Origin: an uncultured Alphaproteobacteria bacterium | GTDB taxonomy: Bacteria; Pseudomonadota; Alphaproteobacteria; Puniceispirillales; Puniceispirillaceae | Direction of reading: 5' to 3' | DNA: 64,000 bases | Assembly: GCA_963926175.1 (NCBI GenBank) | Contig: CAWUWE010000078.1 | Location: 5,274 to 69,273, forward strand | Part shown: positions 33,632 to 44,763 of the stretch, one piece after another | Layout of the letters: each line of letters opens with the position of its first letter | Numbering within the stretch: position 1 is the first letter of the stretch | Position numbers and translations under genes: made by a program | The notes under the pieces: model-generated | Told to the model about the DNA's origin: nothing | The model's input: only the letters and a program-made list of their open reading frames with translations | The model's database searches: none

Positions 33632-36574
33632 TTATTTCTTTGTCGAAGCGGTGTTTTTCGGTTCTGCCGCCATTGGGCCAAGAGCCTCTGCAACAAGTTG
33701 CTTCTGTTCTTTCACATGACGAGCAAAAGAGCCAGTGGCTGGCGAAGCAGCTGCAGCGCGGCCAGCATATTTCAACCGACTTTGCTGCATGCTAGCCGCT
33801 TGCATTGCATCTTCAATAAAGTCACGTACGAATGTCCACCCACCCATATTTTTGGGCTCTTCCTGACACCATATAACTTCAGCATTAGGCGTCTTAGCTA
33901 ACAGCTCAAAAGTAGTTTTTGATGGAAATGGATATAATTGCTCAACACGCAAAATTTCAATGTCCCACGCTTCTGCAGAGTTCCGAGCATCTGCTAAATC
34001 ATAATAGATCTTGCCTGAACACATGACAATACGTTTAGCTTCACCATGTTTTACGTTACAGTCACGCTCGTCAAGCAACCGGTGAAATGTTGTGCCTGGA
34101 CCCAGATCTCCTAAACTTGAAACAGCAGAACGATGACGCAATAAGGATTTTGGTGTCATTGCAACAAGAGGTTTTCTAAAGTCTCTCCGAAGCTGACGGC
34201 GCAAGGCATGAAAATGGTTGGCTGGGGTAGTGCAGTTGACTACCTGCATATTATCCTCAGCACAAAGCTGCAAATAACGCTCAAGCCGAGCAGATGAATG
34301 CTCTGGACCCTGTCCCTCGTAACCATGGGGCAGCAGCAAGACCAGACCACTCATCCGAAGCCATTTGGCTTCGCCTGATGAAATAAACTGATCGATTACA
34401 ACCTGCGCTCCATTTGCAAAATCGCCAAACTGAGCCTCCCACATAACTAAAGCGTTTGGCTCAGCTTGAGAAAACCCATATTCAAAGCCCATGACAGACG
34501 CCTCAGAGAGAGGAGAATCAATCACTTCAAACATTGCCTGTTCTGGGTCAAGGTTAGCAAGCGGGATGTAGCGCTCTTCGGTAACCTGGTCTACAAAAAC
34601 GGAGTGACGCTGGCTAAAAGTGCCGCGCCCCGAATCTTGACCAGAGAGACGCACAGGGTTACCTTCAAGCAACAATGAGCCAAAAGCCAGGTGCTCAGCC
34701 GTTGCCCAATCAATGTTTTGACCAGAACTAATGCTTTCAGCACGACCTTTTAATATTCGTAATAGCTTTGAATTGAGTTTTAAACTTTCAGGCGGGGTTG
34801 TCATAGTTTTGCCTATACGGCTAAGCAACTCTAAGCTGACCGCTGTATCTCCACGTCGATCTTCGCCATGCGCTGAAACCATGCCAGCCCATTTTCCCTC
34901 AAGCCAGTCAGCTTTGTTTGAAATATAACTGGTTCCAGCATCAAACTCTTCGTCAAGATAGGCAATGCGATCATCTATGACTTTTTGGGCGCCCTCAGAG
35001 GTAAAAACACCCTCGAGAACAAGTTGTTCAGCGTAGATTTGTTTGACTGATTTATGGTCCCTTATTTTTTTATACATTAGAGGCTGGGTGAACATAGGTT
35101 CATCGCCCTCATTATGACCAAACCTCCTGTAACAAAACATATCAATGACTACATCACTACCAAAAGCGTGACGAAATTCTGTTGCAATTCTAGCAACGTG
35201 TACAACCGCTTCTGGATCATCTCCATTTACGTGAAAGATTGGCGCCATTACCATTTTAGAAACATCGGTTGGGTAAGGCGACGACCGCGAATAGTGTGGG
35301 CTGGTAGTAAAGCCAATTTGATTGTTGACTATTATGTGGATTGTTCCGCCAGTTTTATAACCGCGCAAATCAGAAAATGCGAATGTCTCAGCAACCACGC
35401 CTTGGCCGGCAAAAGCAGCATCTCCATGCAATAAAATACCCACCACCTCACTTCGGTCAGAGCCAGGTCTTTGTTGTTGTTTAGCTCGAACCCTGCCCAC
35501 CACAATCGGGTCTATGATTTCAAGGTGTGATGGATTTGGAGCCATAGAGAGATGAACTGGGGACTTGTCAAAGTCACGGTCAGCAGAGAAGCCCATGTGA
35601 TACTTAACATCTCCAGAACCCCCAGCTTGTTCTGGATTAACAGGGTTTCCTAAAAATTCAGAAACGATGGCGCGGAACGGTTTTTGCAAAAGGTTGTGAA
35701 GAACATTTAATCTGCCACGATGCGCCATACCTATAACGGCCTCATTCAACCCAAGCTGGCTGCCACGTTTTAGGATTTGCTCAAGTGCAGGAATTACAGC
35801 CTCACCACCATCCATTCCAAAGCGTTTTGTGCCAGTATATTTTTTATGGAGATAACACTCAAACTCATCAGCATCAACAAGCCGCTGAAAAATAGCTTGC
35901 TTGCCTTTAACCGTAAATTCAGTTTGATTACCAATCGCCTCGATGCGTTCTTGGATCCAGGCTTTTTGCGCTGGATCCTGAACATGCATGAATTCAACAC
36001 CAATCGTGCCGCAATAGGTCTGGCGAAGTCGATCAAGGATTTCGGTTAATGTTGCGGTTTCCAGTCCCAATACATAATCAATGAAGATTGGCCGATCCCA
36101 ATCATCATCACCAAAGCCATAGCTTGCTGGATCAAGCTCGGGGTGAAGTGGCTTTTCTTCAAGCGCCAATGGATCAAGATTTGCCAGAAGATGACCGCGA
36201 ATACGATAGGCCCGGATCAGCATCACCGCACGAAGCGAATCCAATGTTGCGGCGCGCATGTCGCTAGCATTGATATTGCTTCCCGATTTATGTGCCTGTG
36301 CCACTGCCTTGATCGATGCATCAGCATCAACCGCGCCAACGACGCGGCTTTGCGGCCGGCCCCAGCTTGGCCCAGCTTCGGTATCGGCGCCAAAGTCAGC
36401 CGCCTTGCCAAGCTGCTCGAAATAGGCTGCCCAATGCCGATCAACCGATGACGGATTGTCACGCCACGCCTTGTTCATTTCAGCTATAAATGTTGCATTT
36501 GCGCCAGAAAGCAGGCTGAAATCAATCTCAGTGGCAGCCGCCACATTACCAACATTAGAAGCACTATCATCCAT
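33632..36574 (-). CDS. sucA: 2-oxoglutarate dehydrogenase E1 component
   Basis: About 980 aa with characteristic blocks (GMAHRGRLNVL, LHGDAAFAGQGVV, LLLPHGYEGQGPEHSS). I chose ATG 36574 (MDDSASN). See the finding on its internal codon-usage shift. Confidence 0.97.
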   Translation of the reverse strand: MDDSASNVGNVAAATEIDFSLLSGANATFIAEMNKAWRDNPSSVDRHWAAYFEQLGKAADFGADTEAGPSWGRPQSRVVGAVDADASIKAVAQAHKSGSNINASDMRAATLDSLRAVMLIRAYRIRGHLLANLDPLALEEKPLHPELDPASYGFGDDDWDRPIFIDYVLGLETATLTEILDRLRQTYCGTIGVEFMHVQDPAQKAWIQERIEAIGNQTEFTVKGKQAIFQRLVDADEFECYLHKKYTGTKRFGMDGGEAVIPALEQILKRGSQLGLNEAVIGMAHRGRLNVLHNLLQKPFRAIVSEFLGNPVNPEQAGGSGDVKYHMGFSADRDFDKSPVHLSMAPNPSHLEIIDPIVVGRVRAKQQQRPGSDRSEVVGILLHGDAAFAGQGVVAETFAFSDLRGYKTGGTIHIIVNNQIGFTTSPHYSRSSPYPTDVSKMVMAPIFHVNGDDPEAVVHVARIATEFRHAFGSDVVIDMFCYRRFGHNEGDEPMFTQPLMYKKIRDHKSVKQIYAEQLVLEGVFTSEGAQKVIDDRIAYLDEEFDAGTSYISNKADWLEGKWAGMVSAHGEDRRGDTAVSLELLSRIGKTMTTPPESLKLNSKLLRILKGRAESISSGQNIDWATAEHLAFGSLLLEGNPVRLSGQDSGRGTFSQRHSVFVDQVTEERYIPLANLDPEQAMFEVIDSPLSEASVMGFEYGFSQAEPNALVMWEAQFGDFANGAQVVIDQFISSGEAKWLRMSGLVLLLPHGYEGQGPEHSSARLERYLQLCAEDNMQVVNCTTPANHFHALRRQLRRDFRKPLVAMTPKSLLRHRSAVSSLGDLGPGTTFHRLLDERDCNVKHGEAKRIVMCSGKIYYDLADARNSAEAWDIEILRVEQLYPFPSKTTFELLAKTPNAEVIWCQEEPKNMGGWTFVRDFIEDAMQAASMQQSRLKYAGRAAAASPATGSFARHVKEQKQLVAEALGPMAAEPKNTASTKK

Positions 36575-36745
36575 AAAACAATTCACATTTCCTAGCGTGT
36601 AAAGGCTCAAACACAAGGGTTAGTTTATTCGTTAATTCCCGTAATTCAAGTCGTATAGAGGTTTATTGCCTTATGGCAATCAATTCTGCGTGCTTGGGTC
36701 AATAATACGCCCCCGCCAGCCCATCAAGACCAGTTTCCTATCATA

Positions 36746-36771
36746 AAACAAAAGGCCAAATATCACCGGCC
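36746..36771 (-). terminator. Candidate terminator after mdh
   Basis: On the minus strand, GGCCGG-TGATAT-TTGGCC (6 bp including 2 G-U pairs) is followed by TTTTGTTTT. The stem is weak. Confidence 0.35.
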
Positions 36772-36811
36772 CTCTGGTTTGTTAACAGCGTCTAGCGCAA
36801 AGGCCCGATGC

Positions 36812-37813
<1,002 letters not shown>

Positions 37814-37873
37814 CTATACCGCTCCGCGGAGCACATATTTCGGTGTACATAACTATCAAAAAACATACAAGAA

Positions 37874-37898
37874 CAAACCCGAAAAAAACCGGTGTTTG
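37874..37898 (-). terminator. Candidate terminator after zapE
   Basis: CAAACCCG / CGG(T)GTTTG stem with one bulge and an A7 loop. On the minus strand it is followed by a T-rich run (TTCTTGTATGTTTTTT). Confidence 0.3.
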
Positions 37899-37931
37899 AG
37901 CAGATAAATCACAGGGTTTTATGACCGGTCT

Positions 37932-39110
37932 TTATACGCTGTCTTGCATCCTGCCACGCTTTGCCATTTCACCAAGCCGTGATGCCGTACGGGCAAATTC
38001 AAATTGCCATTGATGCCCTTGATAAAGATCACCAATATCGGCATCGGCCGAAGCAATTAAAAACCGGCCACGATCATAAAGCGCATCAATCAGCCACATA
38101 AAACGGCGGGCGACGTTTTCATTGGCATCGGTAAATTGCGGGACATCGCTTAACACAAGACCGGCAAACCGCCCAGCAATAGCAAGATAGTCACGCGCGC
38201 CAAGCGGCACGTCACACAGGCTGGCAAAACTGGCAAAGCCAACATCACCCGCTACGCGTTCGATGGTAAAGTCGCGCCCGGCAACGCGGATCGTTTCAAC
38301 CGTGATTGCCACGCCGCCAGCAAGCTTGTCAAAAGCTGATTCCAACTGCGGCCGAGCCGTTTGTGACGGCACATGCCATGCTGGCAAATCAGCCAGAACC
38401 GCGCCGCGCCAGTCAGTGCCGTCATCAAGTTGGCACATCGCACATCGCTGTTTCAAAAGATCAATAAATGGCAAAAACCGGTCGCGATGAAGCCCGTCTT
38501 TATACAGATCATCCGCATGCCGGTTCGAGGTGGCAACAACAATGACACCGCGTTTCAACACGCCCGAAAATAACCGCGCCAAAATCATCGCATCGGCAAT
38601 ATCGCGCACTTCCATTTCGTCGAAACAAATCACCGCACCTCGCCGCGCCAGATCGGCAGCGGCCATTTCAATTGGATCATCTGCGCCCTTGCTTCGCGCT
38701 TGGTGGATCACATCTTGCGCCAGACCCATAAAATCATGGAAGTGAAGCCGCCAAATGGCAGGCAGATTTGGCCGATCCAGCCCTTGTGCGGCAACCGACT
38801 CATGGAACATATCCATCAGCATGGTTTTGCCGCGGCCAACCCCGCCATAGATGTACAGACCTTTGACCGGCGTTTGCTCAGCCGGCAACATCCAGCCAAA
38901 TAGATTGCTCGCTTTCTGGCCTATTATCTGGCGGATCATCATTGGCCATTTGCGGCGTGACAATGCGGCTGTTTGCAATCTGTCAATCAGCTGGTCAAGA
39001 CGTATGGCAATGGCTGCTTGTGCCGGATCAGTATGCAGAATTTTGGAAGCAATCTTTGTGGCCAGTTTCTGGCTTGGATAAAGGCGATGGTCGATTTGGC
39101 TATTCGTCAT
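37932..39110 (-). CDS. zapE: AFG1/ZapE-family ATPase
   Basis: Walker A GLYIYGGVGRGKTMLMD and Walker B ICFDEMEV. It sits between sdhB and mdh, as commonly seen in alphaproteobacteria. Confidence 0.9.
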   Translation of the reverse strand: MTNSQIDHRLYPSQKLATKIASKILHTDPAQAAIAIRLDQLIDRLQTAALSRRKWPMMIRQIIGQKASNLFGWMLPAEQTPVKGLYIYGGVGRGKTMLMDMFHESVAAQGLDRPNLPAIWRLHFHDFMGLAQDVIHQARSKGADDPIEMAAADLARRGAVICFDEMEVRDIADAMILARLFSGVLKRGVIVVATSNRHADDLYKDGLHRDRFLPFIDLLKQRCAMCQLDDGTDWRGAVLADLPAWHVPSQTARPQLESAFDKLAGGVAITVETIRVAGRDFTIERVAGDVGFASFASLCDVPLGARDYLAIAGRFAGLVLSDVPQFTDANENVARRFMWLIDALYDRGRFLIASADADIGDLYQGHQWQFEFARTASRLGEMAKRGRMQDSV

Positions 39111-39155
39111 AACGATTTACCAGCTTGTGACTTTGACCGAACCCTACGCTGGAAA

Positions 39156-39932
39156 TTACCGTTGCGCCATCTCGCTTTTAATGCCCGCAATCGCCTTGCC
39201 CGGATTCAATCCCTTTGGACAGGTTTTTGCGCAATTCATAATCGTATGGCAGCGATACAGCGAAAAGCTGTCATCAAGCGCGTCAAGCCGCTCGCGTTTT
39301 TGTTCATCACGGCTATCCGAAATCCAGCGATAAGCCTGCAACAAAACAGCCGGACCTAGATATTCATCACTATTCCACCAATAGCTTGGGCAGGCGGTCG
39401 AACAGCTAAAGCACAAAACACATTCCCACAAACCGTCCAGCTGTTCACGCTCGGCAGGTGATTGCCGACGCTCGCCACCATCAGCCACTTTGCTGTCGTT
39501 TTTCAGCCAAGGTTCAATCGAGGTCAATTGCCGATAGGCATTGCTGAGATCGGGAACCAAATCCTTGACGACTGGCATATGTGGCAATGGATAGATTTTC
39601 ACATCGCCTTTGACATCGCTGATGCTTTTCAAACAGGCAAGTGTATTGGTGCCATCAATATTCATCGAGCAAGAGCCACAAATTCCCTCGCGGCACGACC
39701 GGCGAAACGTAAGGCTGCTATCTTTTTCATTTTTGATTTTGATCAGCGCATCAAGCACCATTGGCCCGCAATCATCGAGATCAATTTCAAAAGAGTCGAT
39801 ACGCGGCTGCGCATCATCATCAGGTGACCAACGATAGATTTTAAAGGTTTTCACCTCGGCGGCATCAGCTGATGCCTTATGGGTGATGCCATCGGTGATC
39901 TGTGCATTTTTAGGCAATCGAAACTCGGCCAT
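39156..39932 (-). CDS. sdhB: Succinate dehydrogenase iron-sulfur subunit
   Basis: Three Cys clusters: [21 protein letters not shown]-like [12 protein letters not shown], and [12 protein letters not shown]. Confidence 0.97.
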   Translation of the reverse strand: MAEFRLPKNAQITDGITHKASADAAEVKTFKIYRWSPDDDAQPRIDSFEIDLDDCGPMVLDALIKIKNEKDSSLTFRRSCREGICGSCSMNIDGTNTLACLKSISDVKGDVKIYPLPHMPVVKDLVPDLSNAYRQLTSIEPWLKNDSKVADGGERRQSPAEREQLDGLWECVLCFSCSTACPSYWWNSDEYLGPAVLLQAYRWISDSRDEQKRERLDALDDSFSLYRCHTIMNCAKTCPKGLNPGKAIAGIKSEMAQR

Positions 39933-39952
39933 AATTCTTTCCTCGTCCTTAC

Positions 39953-41743
39953 CTAGTAAACGCGTGGGGCTGGCGGGATTGGGGCAACGTCATTGCTCAA
40001 AGTGGTCATCACAACATTGCGGTAATCCAGCCTTGACTTGTTTTGTTCGTCAAGCCACATGACTGTATGTTTCATCCATTTTTCGTCATCGCGCTCGGGC
40101 CAATTTTCATGCGCATGCGCACCGCGTGATTCCTGTCTTTGCTCGGCTGAACGGATACTCACCAAGGCCTGACCCATCAGATTTTCCAGCTCAAGCGCCT
40201 CGATCAGATCGGTGTTCCAGATCAGCGATTTATCGGCGACACCGATTTTCCCCATCTTAGCAGCAATCTGATCCATCGTCGCAACACCTGATTCGAGTGA
40301 TTCGCTAGACCGAAAAACAGCCGCATGACGTTGCATCGCATGCTGCATTTCCAACCGGATTGACGCCGCGCTAAAGTCGCCATCGGCATGCCGCATCCGG
40401 TCAAATCGGGCAAGCGCCTTATCGGTTGCTGATTGTGGTGCGCGTTTTGATGTGGCGCCCCGCTTGACGAATTCATTTGCCCGATGCGCCGCAGCACGGC
40501 CAAACACAACAATATCAAGAAGGGAATTTGTCCCAAGACGATTGGCACCATGAACCGAAACACAGGCCGCCTCGCCAATGGCCATCAGACCCGGCACAAC
40601 CGCGTTCTGATCATCTTTGGTCGGTGCCAAAACTTCGCCATGATAATTGGTCGGAATACCACCCATATTATAATGCACGGTTGGCAAAACCGGAATCGGC
40701 TCGCGCGTGACGTCGACGCCGCAGAAAATCTTGGCGGTTTCAGTAATGCCCGGAAGCCGCGTATGAAGCGTATCTGGATCAATATGCTCGAGATGAAGCA
40801 TGATATGATCTTTGTTCGGGCCAACGCCGCGACCTTCGTTAATTTCAATTGTCATAGCACGGCTTACCACATCGCGGCTTGCCAAATCTTTGGCCGTTGG
40901 CGCAAACCGTTCCATGAACCGTTCGCCTTCGGAATTGGTTAGATAGCCCCCTTCGCCGCGTGCGCCTTCGGTAATCAGCACGCCAGCGCCATAAACGCCG
41001 GTTGGGTGAAACTGGACAAATTCCATATCTTGCAGCGGCAAGCCAGCGCGAAGCGCCATCGCATTGCCATCACCAGTACAGGTATGCGCCGATGTACAAG
41101 AAAAATAGACCCGTCCATAGCCGCCGGTTGCCAGCACTGTTTGCTGCCCCCAGAAACGGTGAAGACTGCCATCTTCCATGCAAAGCGCAATTACCCCAGC
41201 GCATTCGCCATCATCCGTCATCAAAAGATCAAGGACGAAATATTCAATATGGAAATGCGCCTTATATTTCAGACATTGCTGATACAATGTGTGTAGGATT
41301 GCATGGCCTGTCCGGTCAGCCGCCGCACAAGCACGCCGTGCCATTGATTTACCATGATCAAGCGTATGGCCACCAAAGGGACGCTGATAGATCTTGCCTT
41401 CTTCGGTGCGCGAAAACGGCACGCCATAATTTTCCAGCTCAATCACTGACGGAATGGCATTGCGGCACATATATTCGATCGCATCTTGATCGCCAAGCCA
41501 GTCTGACCCTTTGACCGTATCATACATATGAAATTGCCAATTATCGCCTTCGCCCATGTTATTGAGCGCCGCGCCAATGCCGCCTTGCGCGGCAACGGTA
41601 TGTGAACGCGTTGGGAAAACCTTGGTAATACAGGCCGTCTTCAACCCACCAGCGGCCATGCCAAGCGTGGCGCGCAAACCCGCTCCGCCAGCGCCAACAA
41701 CGACAACGTCATATTGATGGTCAGTGATTTCATACGCACTCAT
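39953..41743 (-). CDS. sdhA: Succinate dehydrogenase flavoprotein subunit
   Basis: [13 protein letters not shown], the covalent-FAD His context [10 protein letters not shown], and HGANRLG. Confidence 0.98.
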   Translation of the reverse strand: MSAYEITDHQYDVVVVGAGGAGLRATLGMAAGGLKTACITKVFPTRSHTVAAQGGIGAALNNMGEGDNWQFHMYDTVKGSDWLGDQDAIEYMCRNAIPSVIELENYGVPFSRTEEGKIYQRPFGGHTLDHGKSMARRACAAADRTGHAILHTLYQQCLKYKAHFHIEYFVLDLLMTDDGECAGVIALCMEDGSLHRFWGQQTVLATGGYGRVYFSCTSAHTCTGDGNAMALRAGLPLQDMEFVQFHPTGVYGAGVLITEGARGEGGYLTNSEGERFMERFAPTAKDLASRDVVSRAMTIEINEGRGVGPNKDHIMLHLEHIDPDTLHTRLPGITETAKIFCGVDVTREPIPVLPTVHYNMGGIPTNYHGEVLAPTKDDQNAVVPGLMAIGEAACVSVHGANRLGTNSLLDIVVFGRAAAHRANEFVKRGATSKRAPQSATDKALARFDRMRHADGDFSAASIRLEMQHAMQRHAAVFRSSESLESGVATMDQIAAKMGKIGVADKSLIWNTDLIEALELENLMGQALVSIRSAEQRQESRGAHAHENWPERDDEKWMKHTVMWLDEQNKSRLDYRNVVMTTLSNDVAPIPPAPRVY

Positions 41744-41808
41744 AACCTACACCCTTTTCTTTGCAACGGTTTCGCAAGCTTGTCCGATGCCGAACACTTC
41801 ACTACCCC

Positions 41809-42201
41809 CTATATCAATCCCGCAATCATACCAACCGAAACAAGGCTGGCCATTGCTGCAATGGCAAACACACCACGCGCAATTGTCACCAGCACCAAAC
41901 GGCCACTGGCAAGCGGAATATAATCTTCAATAATCATCTGCACGCCAAGCGCCGCATGAAACAATCCGGCAATCACCAGAATTGCCAACACCACCGCATG
42001 CTGCGGTGCAGCCACAAAGGCCATAGCCGCGCTGTAATCAAGCGGACCAATCGATGCCACAAGATAGGTGAAATACAGCATAAGAATCAAAGTTGCGACT
42101 GCGCTGATCCGCTGCCAGCGCCAATGGCTAAAGCCCGGTTCGCGGGGATGTTTTGCCAAAATTTGTGCCATAATACGCCCCCTAGCTACACTGCCAGCCA
42201 T
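41809..42201 (-). CDS. sdhD: Succinate dehydrogenase membrane anchor subunit
   Basis: About 120-130 aa with three hydrophobic helices and HWRWQRISAV. It lies between sdhC and sdhA. The start is ATG 42201 (16-nt overlap with sdhC) or ATG 42171. Confidence 0.85.
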   Translation of the reverse strand: MAGSVARGRIMAQILAKHPREPGFSHWRWQRISAVATLILMLYFTYLVASIGPLDYSAAMAFVAAPQHAVVLAILVIAGLFHAALGVQMIIEDYIPLASGRLVLVTIARGVFAIAAMASLVSVGMIAGLI

Positions 42202-42572
42202 AGCGCCGCCGTGACCAAAACGGTCAGGCCAAGCACAAGATAGCCGCTTTGATAGACCTGTTTGATTTCAAGCCCGATGCGTAAATCCCACATTAAATGG
42301 CGGATGCCATTCAGCCCATGATAGACAAGCGCCAGCGAATAGCCAAACACAACCAACTGCCCAAGCGGATGCTGCATGGCATCGGCAATCGGATTAAAAA
42401 CCGCCGCCCCGGCCGCCAAGGCCACAAGCCATAGCGCCACAAGCAGGCTTCCTGTTGCCAATACCGCACCACTTGCCCGATGCATGATCGACATAACCGA
42501 TGTCAATTGCGGGCGGTAAACCTGCAAATGCGGTGATAATGGACGCGGCTTTGCCATTGGAATCCTCGACAA
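42186..42572 (-). CDS. sdhC: Succinate dehydrogenase cytochrome b556 subunit
   Basis: RPLSPHLQVYRPQLTSVMSIMHRASG is the SdhC N-terminal signature. Confidence 0.88.
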   Translation of the reverse strand: MSRIPMAKPRPLSPHLQVYRPQLTSVMSIMHRASGAVLATGSLLVALWLVALAAGAAVFNPIADAMQHPLGQLVVFGYSLALVYHGLNGIRHLMWDLRIGLEIKQVYQSGYLVLGLTVLVTAALWLAV

Positions 42573-42793
42573 GTGTCATCAAAACGAAAGGGCGGGCGCA
42601 ATATTGCGGATATGTTATGATTTATATGTGTTATTGATTGGCAATAGTCAATGTGTAAGCAAAAAAAACAGATGGTCAAATTGATTGGCTTTCCCGCCCA
42701 TTTTACTGGCCAATACAAATTGGCATTTTCCAGCGCATTGATCGGATTTGATTGCAATTGCCTTTTGCCAAAAAGCAGGTCAAAAAAGAATTC

Positions 42794-43639
42794 ATGGAAC
42801 AGGTTTTATCAATTCAATCGGCGGTAACGCTTGGCTTTGTCGGGAACAGCGTTGCCGGACCGGTCATCACGCGTCTTGGGCAACACCCGCTTTTGGTTGA
42901 TAGCGTCACGCTTGCCGCGCATCCGGGCTATGGGTTGATGGCTGGTAACAAAATACCAGATGATATTTTCAGCAGCATTTTAGACGCCTTGCCGCCTTTG
43001 GGCGCGCTGCCTCACATTGGCGCGGTGATCACCGGCTATCTTGGTGCGCCGTCGCAGATTGACCCGATCACCAAGCTGATCACCACATGGCAGGCGGAAC
43101 GGCCAAAAGGGCATTATGTACTTGATCCGGTGCTTGGCGATAATGGCCGAATCTATGTTGACAAAGGCCTTGTTAGCGCCATGCGTGACCGGCTGTTGCC
43201 GCTTGCCAGTTTTGTCACACCAAACCAGTTTGAGCTGCAATTGCTATCAGGACTAGATGTGCATGATATCGCCAGTGCCGATGCCGCCGCGCTGCATCTG
43301 CTCGATCAAAATCCGCATTTGAATGGTGTTGTTGCAACCGGAATCAGTACGCCCCAAGGCTGCGTTCATGACCGTCTGATCAGCCGTTATGATCTTATTG
43401 ATCTTGCCTATGCCAAACGCGCGGCCGGCATTGCCGGTGGAGGCGATTTGCTAACCGCCATTTTGACAAGTTGGCTTGCCGCTGGCATGTCGTTCAAAAA
43501 CAGCTTTATCGCTGCTAGCGGGCAGGCGCATGACATCATCGATCAAAGCGCCGGCCATCTAGAAATTGCGCTTCTGAAAAACCTTCACCGGTTGACGCCA
43601 ATCACCAAAACCGCGTCAACCGTGAAATTAGATGGCTAG
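42794..43639 (+). CDS. Pyridoxal/pyridoxamine kinase (PdxK/PdxY family)
   Basis: VLSIQSAVTLGFVGNS N-terminus and the ribokinase-fold C-terminal GGGDLL motif. ATG 42794 (MEQVLSIQS). Confidence 0.85.
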   Translation: MEQVLSIQSAVTLGFVGNSVAGPVITRLGQHPLLVDSVTLAAHPGYGLMAGNKIPDDIFSSILDALPPLGALPHIGAVITGYLGAPSQIDPITKLITTWQAERPKGHYVLDPVLGDNGRIYVDKGLVSAMRDRLLPLASFVTPNQFELQLLSGLDVHDIASADAAALHLLDQNPHLNGVVATGISTPQGCVHDRLISRYDLIDLAYAKRAAGIAGGGDLLTAILTSWLAAGMSFKNSFIAASGQAHDIIDQSAGHLEIALLKNLHRLTPITKTASTVKLDG

Positions 43640-43641
43640 GT

Positions 43642-44676
43642 CTAGCGGCCGCTAAGCTTGCGCTTTGCAAATAATTCAGCAATCTGAACCGAATTCAACG
43701 CCGCGCCTTTGCGCAAATTGTCTGACACGCACCAAAACACCATGCCATTTGGAACTGTCGGATCTTGGCGAATACGGCTGATATAAACCGCATCTTCGCC
43801 AGCCGCCTCATGCGGCGTCACATAGCCTTCATTGGCACGGTGATCGACAACAAGCACGCCGGGGGCATTTTCCAGCAACGACCGGACAGCCTTTTCGGTC
43901 ATTGGCTTATCCGTCTCGATGAAAACCGCTTCGCTGTGGCCAACAAAAACCGGAATCCGCACGCAATGCGCGACAAGCTCGATTGCCGGATCAAGAATTT
44001 TCTTGGTCTCGGCGCTCATCTTCCATTCTTCCTTGGTAAAGCCATCATCAAGGAACACATCGATATGCGGGATCGCGTTAAAGGCAATCTGCTTGGTAAA
44101 GATTTCCGGCTGCACCGAATCATTTACAAAAATACCTTTTGTCTGATTAAACAGCTCGTCCATCGCTGGCCGGCCTGCACCCGATACTGCCTGATAGGTT
44201 GAAACCACAACACGCTTGACCGAAAACGCGTCATGAAGCGGCTTGAGTGCAACAACAAGCTGGGTTGTCGAGCAATTTGGATTGGCAATGATATTGCGGC
44301 CGTTATTTTTGATCAAACAGCCATCAATGGTCTCTGGATTGACCTCAGGCACAATCAACGGCACATCGTCATCCATGCGGAATGCCGATGAATTATCAAT
44401 GACCACACATCCAGCGGCGGCGGCTTTTGGCGCAAAGGCTTTGGCCGTGTCACCACCAGCCGAAAATAGCGCAATATCGGCGGTCGAAAAATCAAATTTA
44501 TCAAGCGACTCGATTTTCAAAATCTGTTCGTCACCATAAGAGACTTCCTTGCCAACTGATTTTGTTGAGGCAAGCGCATGAATCGTGTCCGCCGGAAAAT
44601 TCCGCTCGGCCAATGTTTGCAGCATCTCACGGCCAACCGCACCGGTTGCACCGACAACAGCAACTCTATACCCCAT
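43642..44676 (-). CDS. asd: Aspartate-semialdehyde dehydrogenase
   Basis: VAVVGATGAVG, the active-site NPNCSTTQ, and the C-terminal DNLRKGAALN. ATG 44676. Confidence 0.95.
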   Translation of the reverse strand: MGYRVAVVGATGAVGREMLQTLAERNFPADTIHALASTKSVGKEVSYGDEQILKIESLDKFDFSTADIALFSAGGDTAKAFAPKAAAAGCVVIDNSSAFRMDDDVPLIVPEVNPETIDGCLIKNNGRNIIANPNCSTTQLVVALKPLHDAFSVKRVVVSTYQAVSGAGRPAMDELFNQTKGIFVNDSVQPEIFTKQIAFNAIPHIDVFLDDGFTKEEWKMSAETKKILDPAIELVAHCVRIPVFVGHSEAVFIETDKPMTEKAVRSLLENAPGVLVVDHRANEGYVTPHEAAGEDAVYISRIRQDPTVPNGMVFWCVSDNLRKGAALNSVQIAELFAKRKLSGR

Positions 44677-44763
44677 GATTTCATCCTCCAGTAAAGGCCC
44701 AGAATCCATATCTGTCTGGCTGGGCGGTTAAATTTCCGCCATGAACAGATATGGCGGTTTGGT

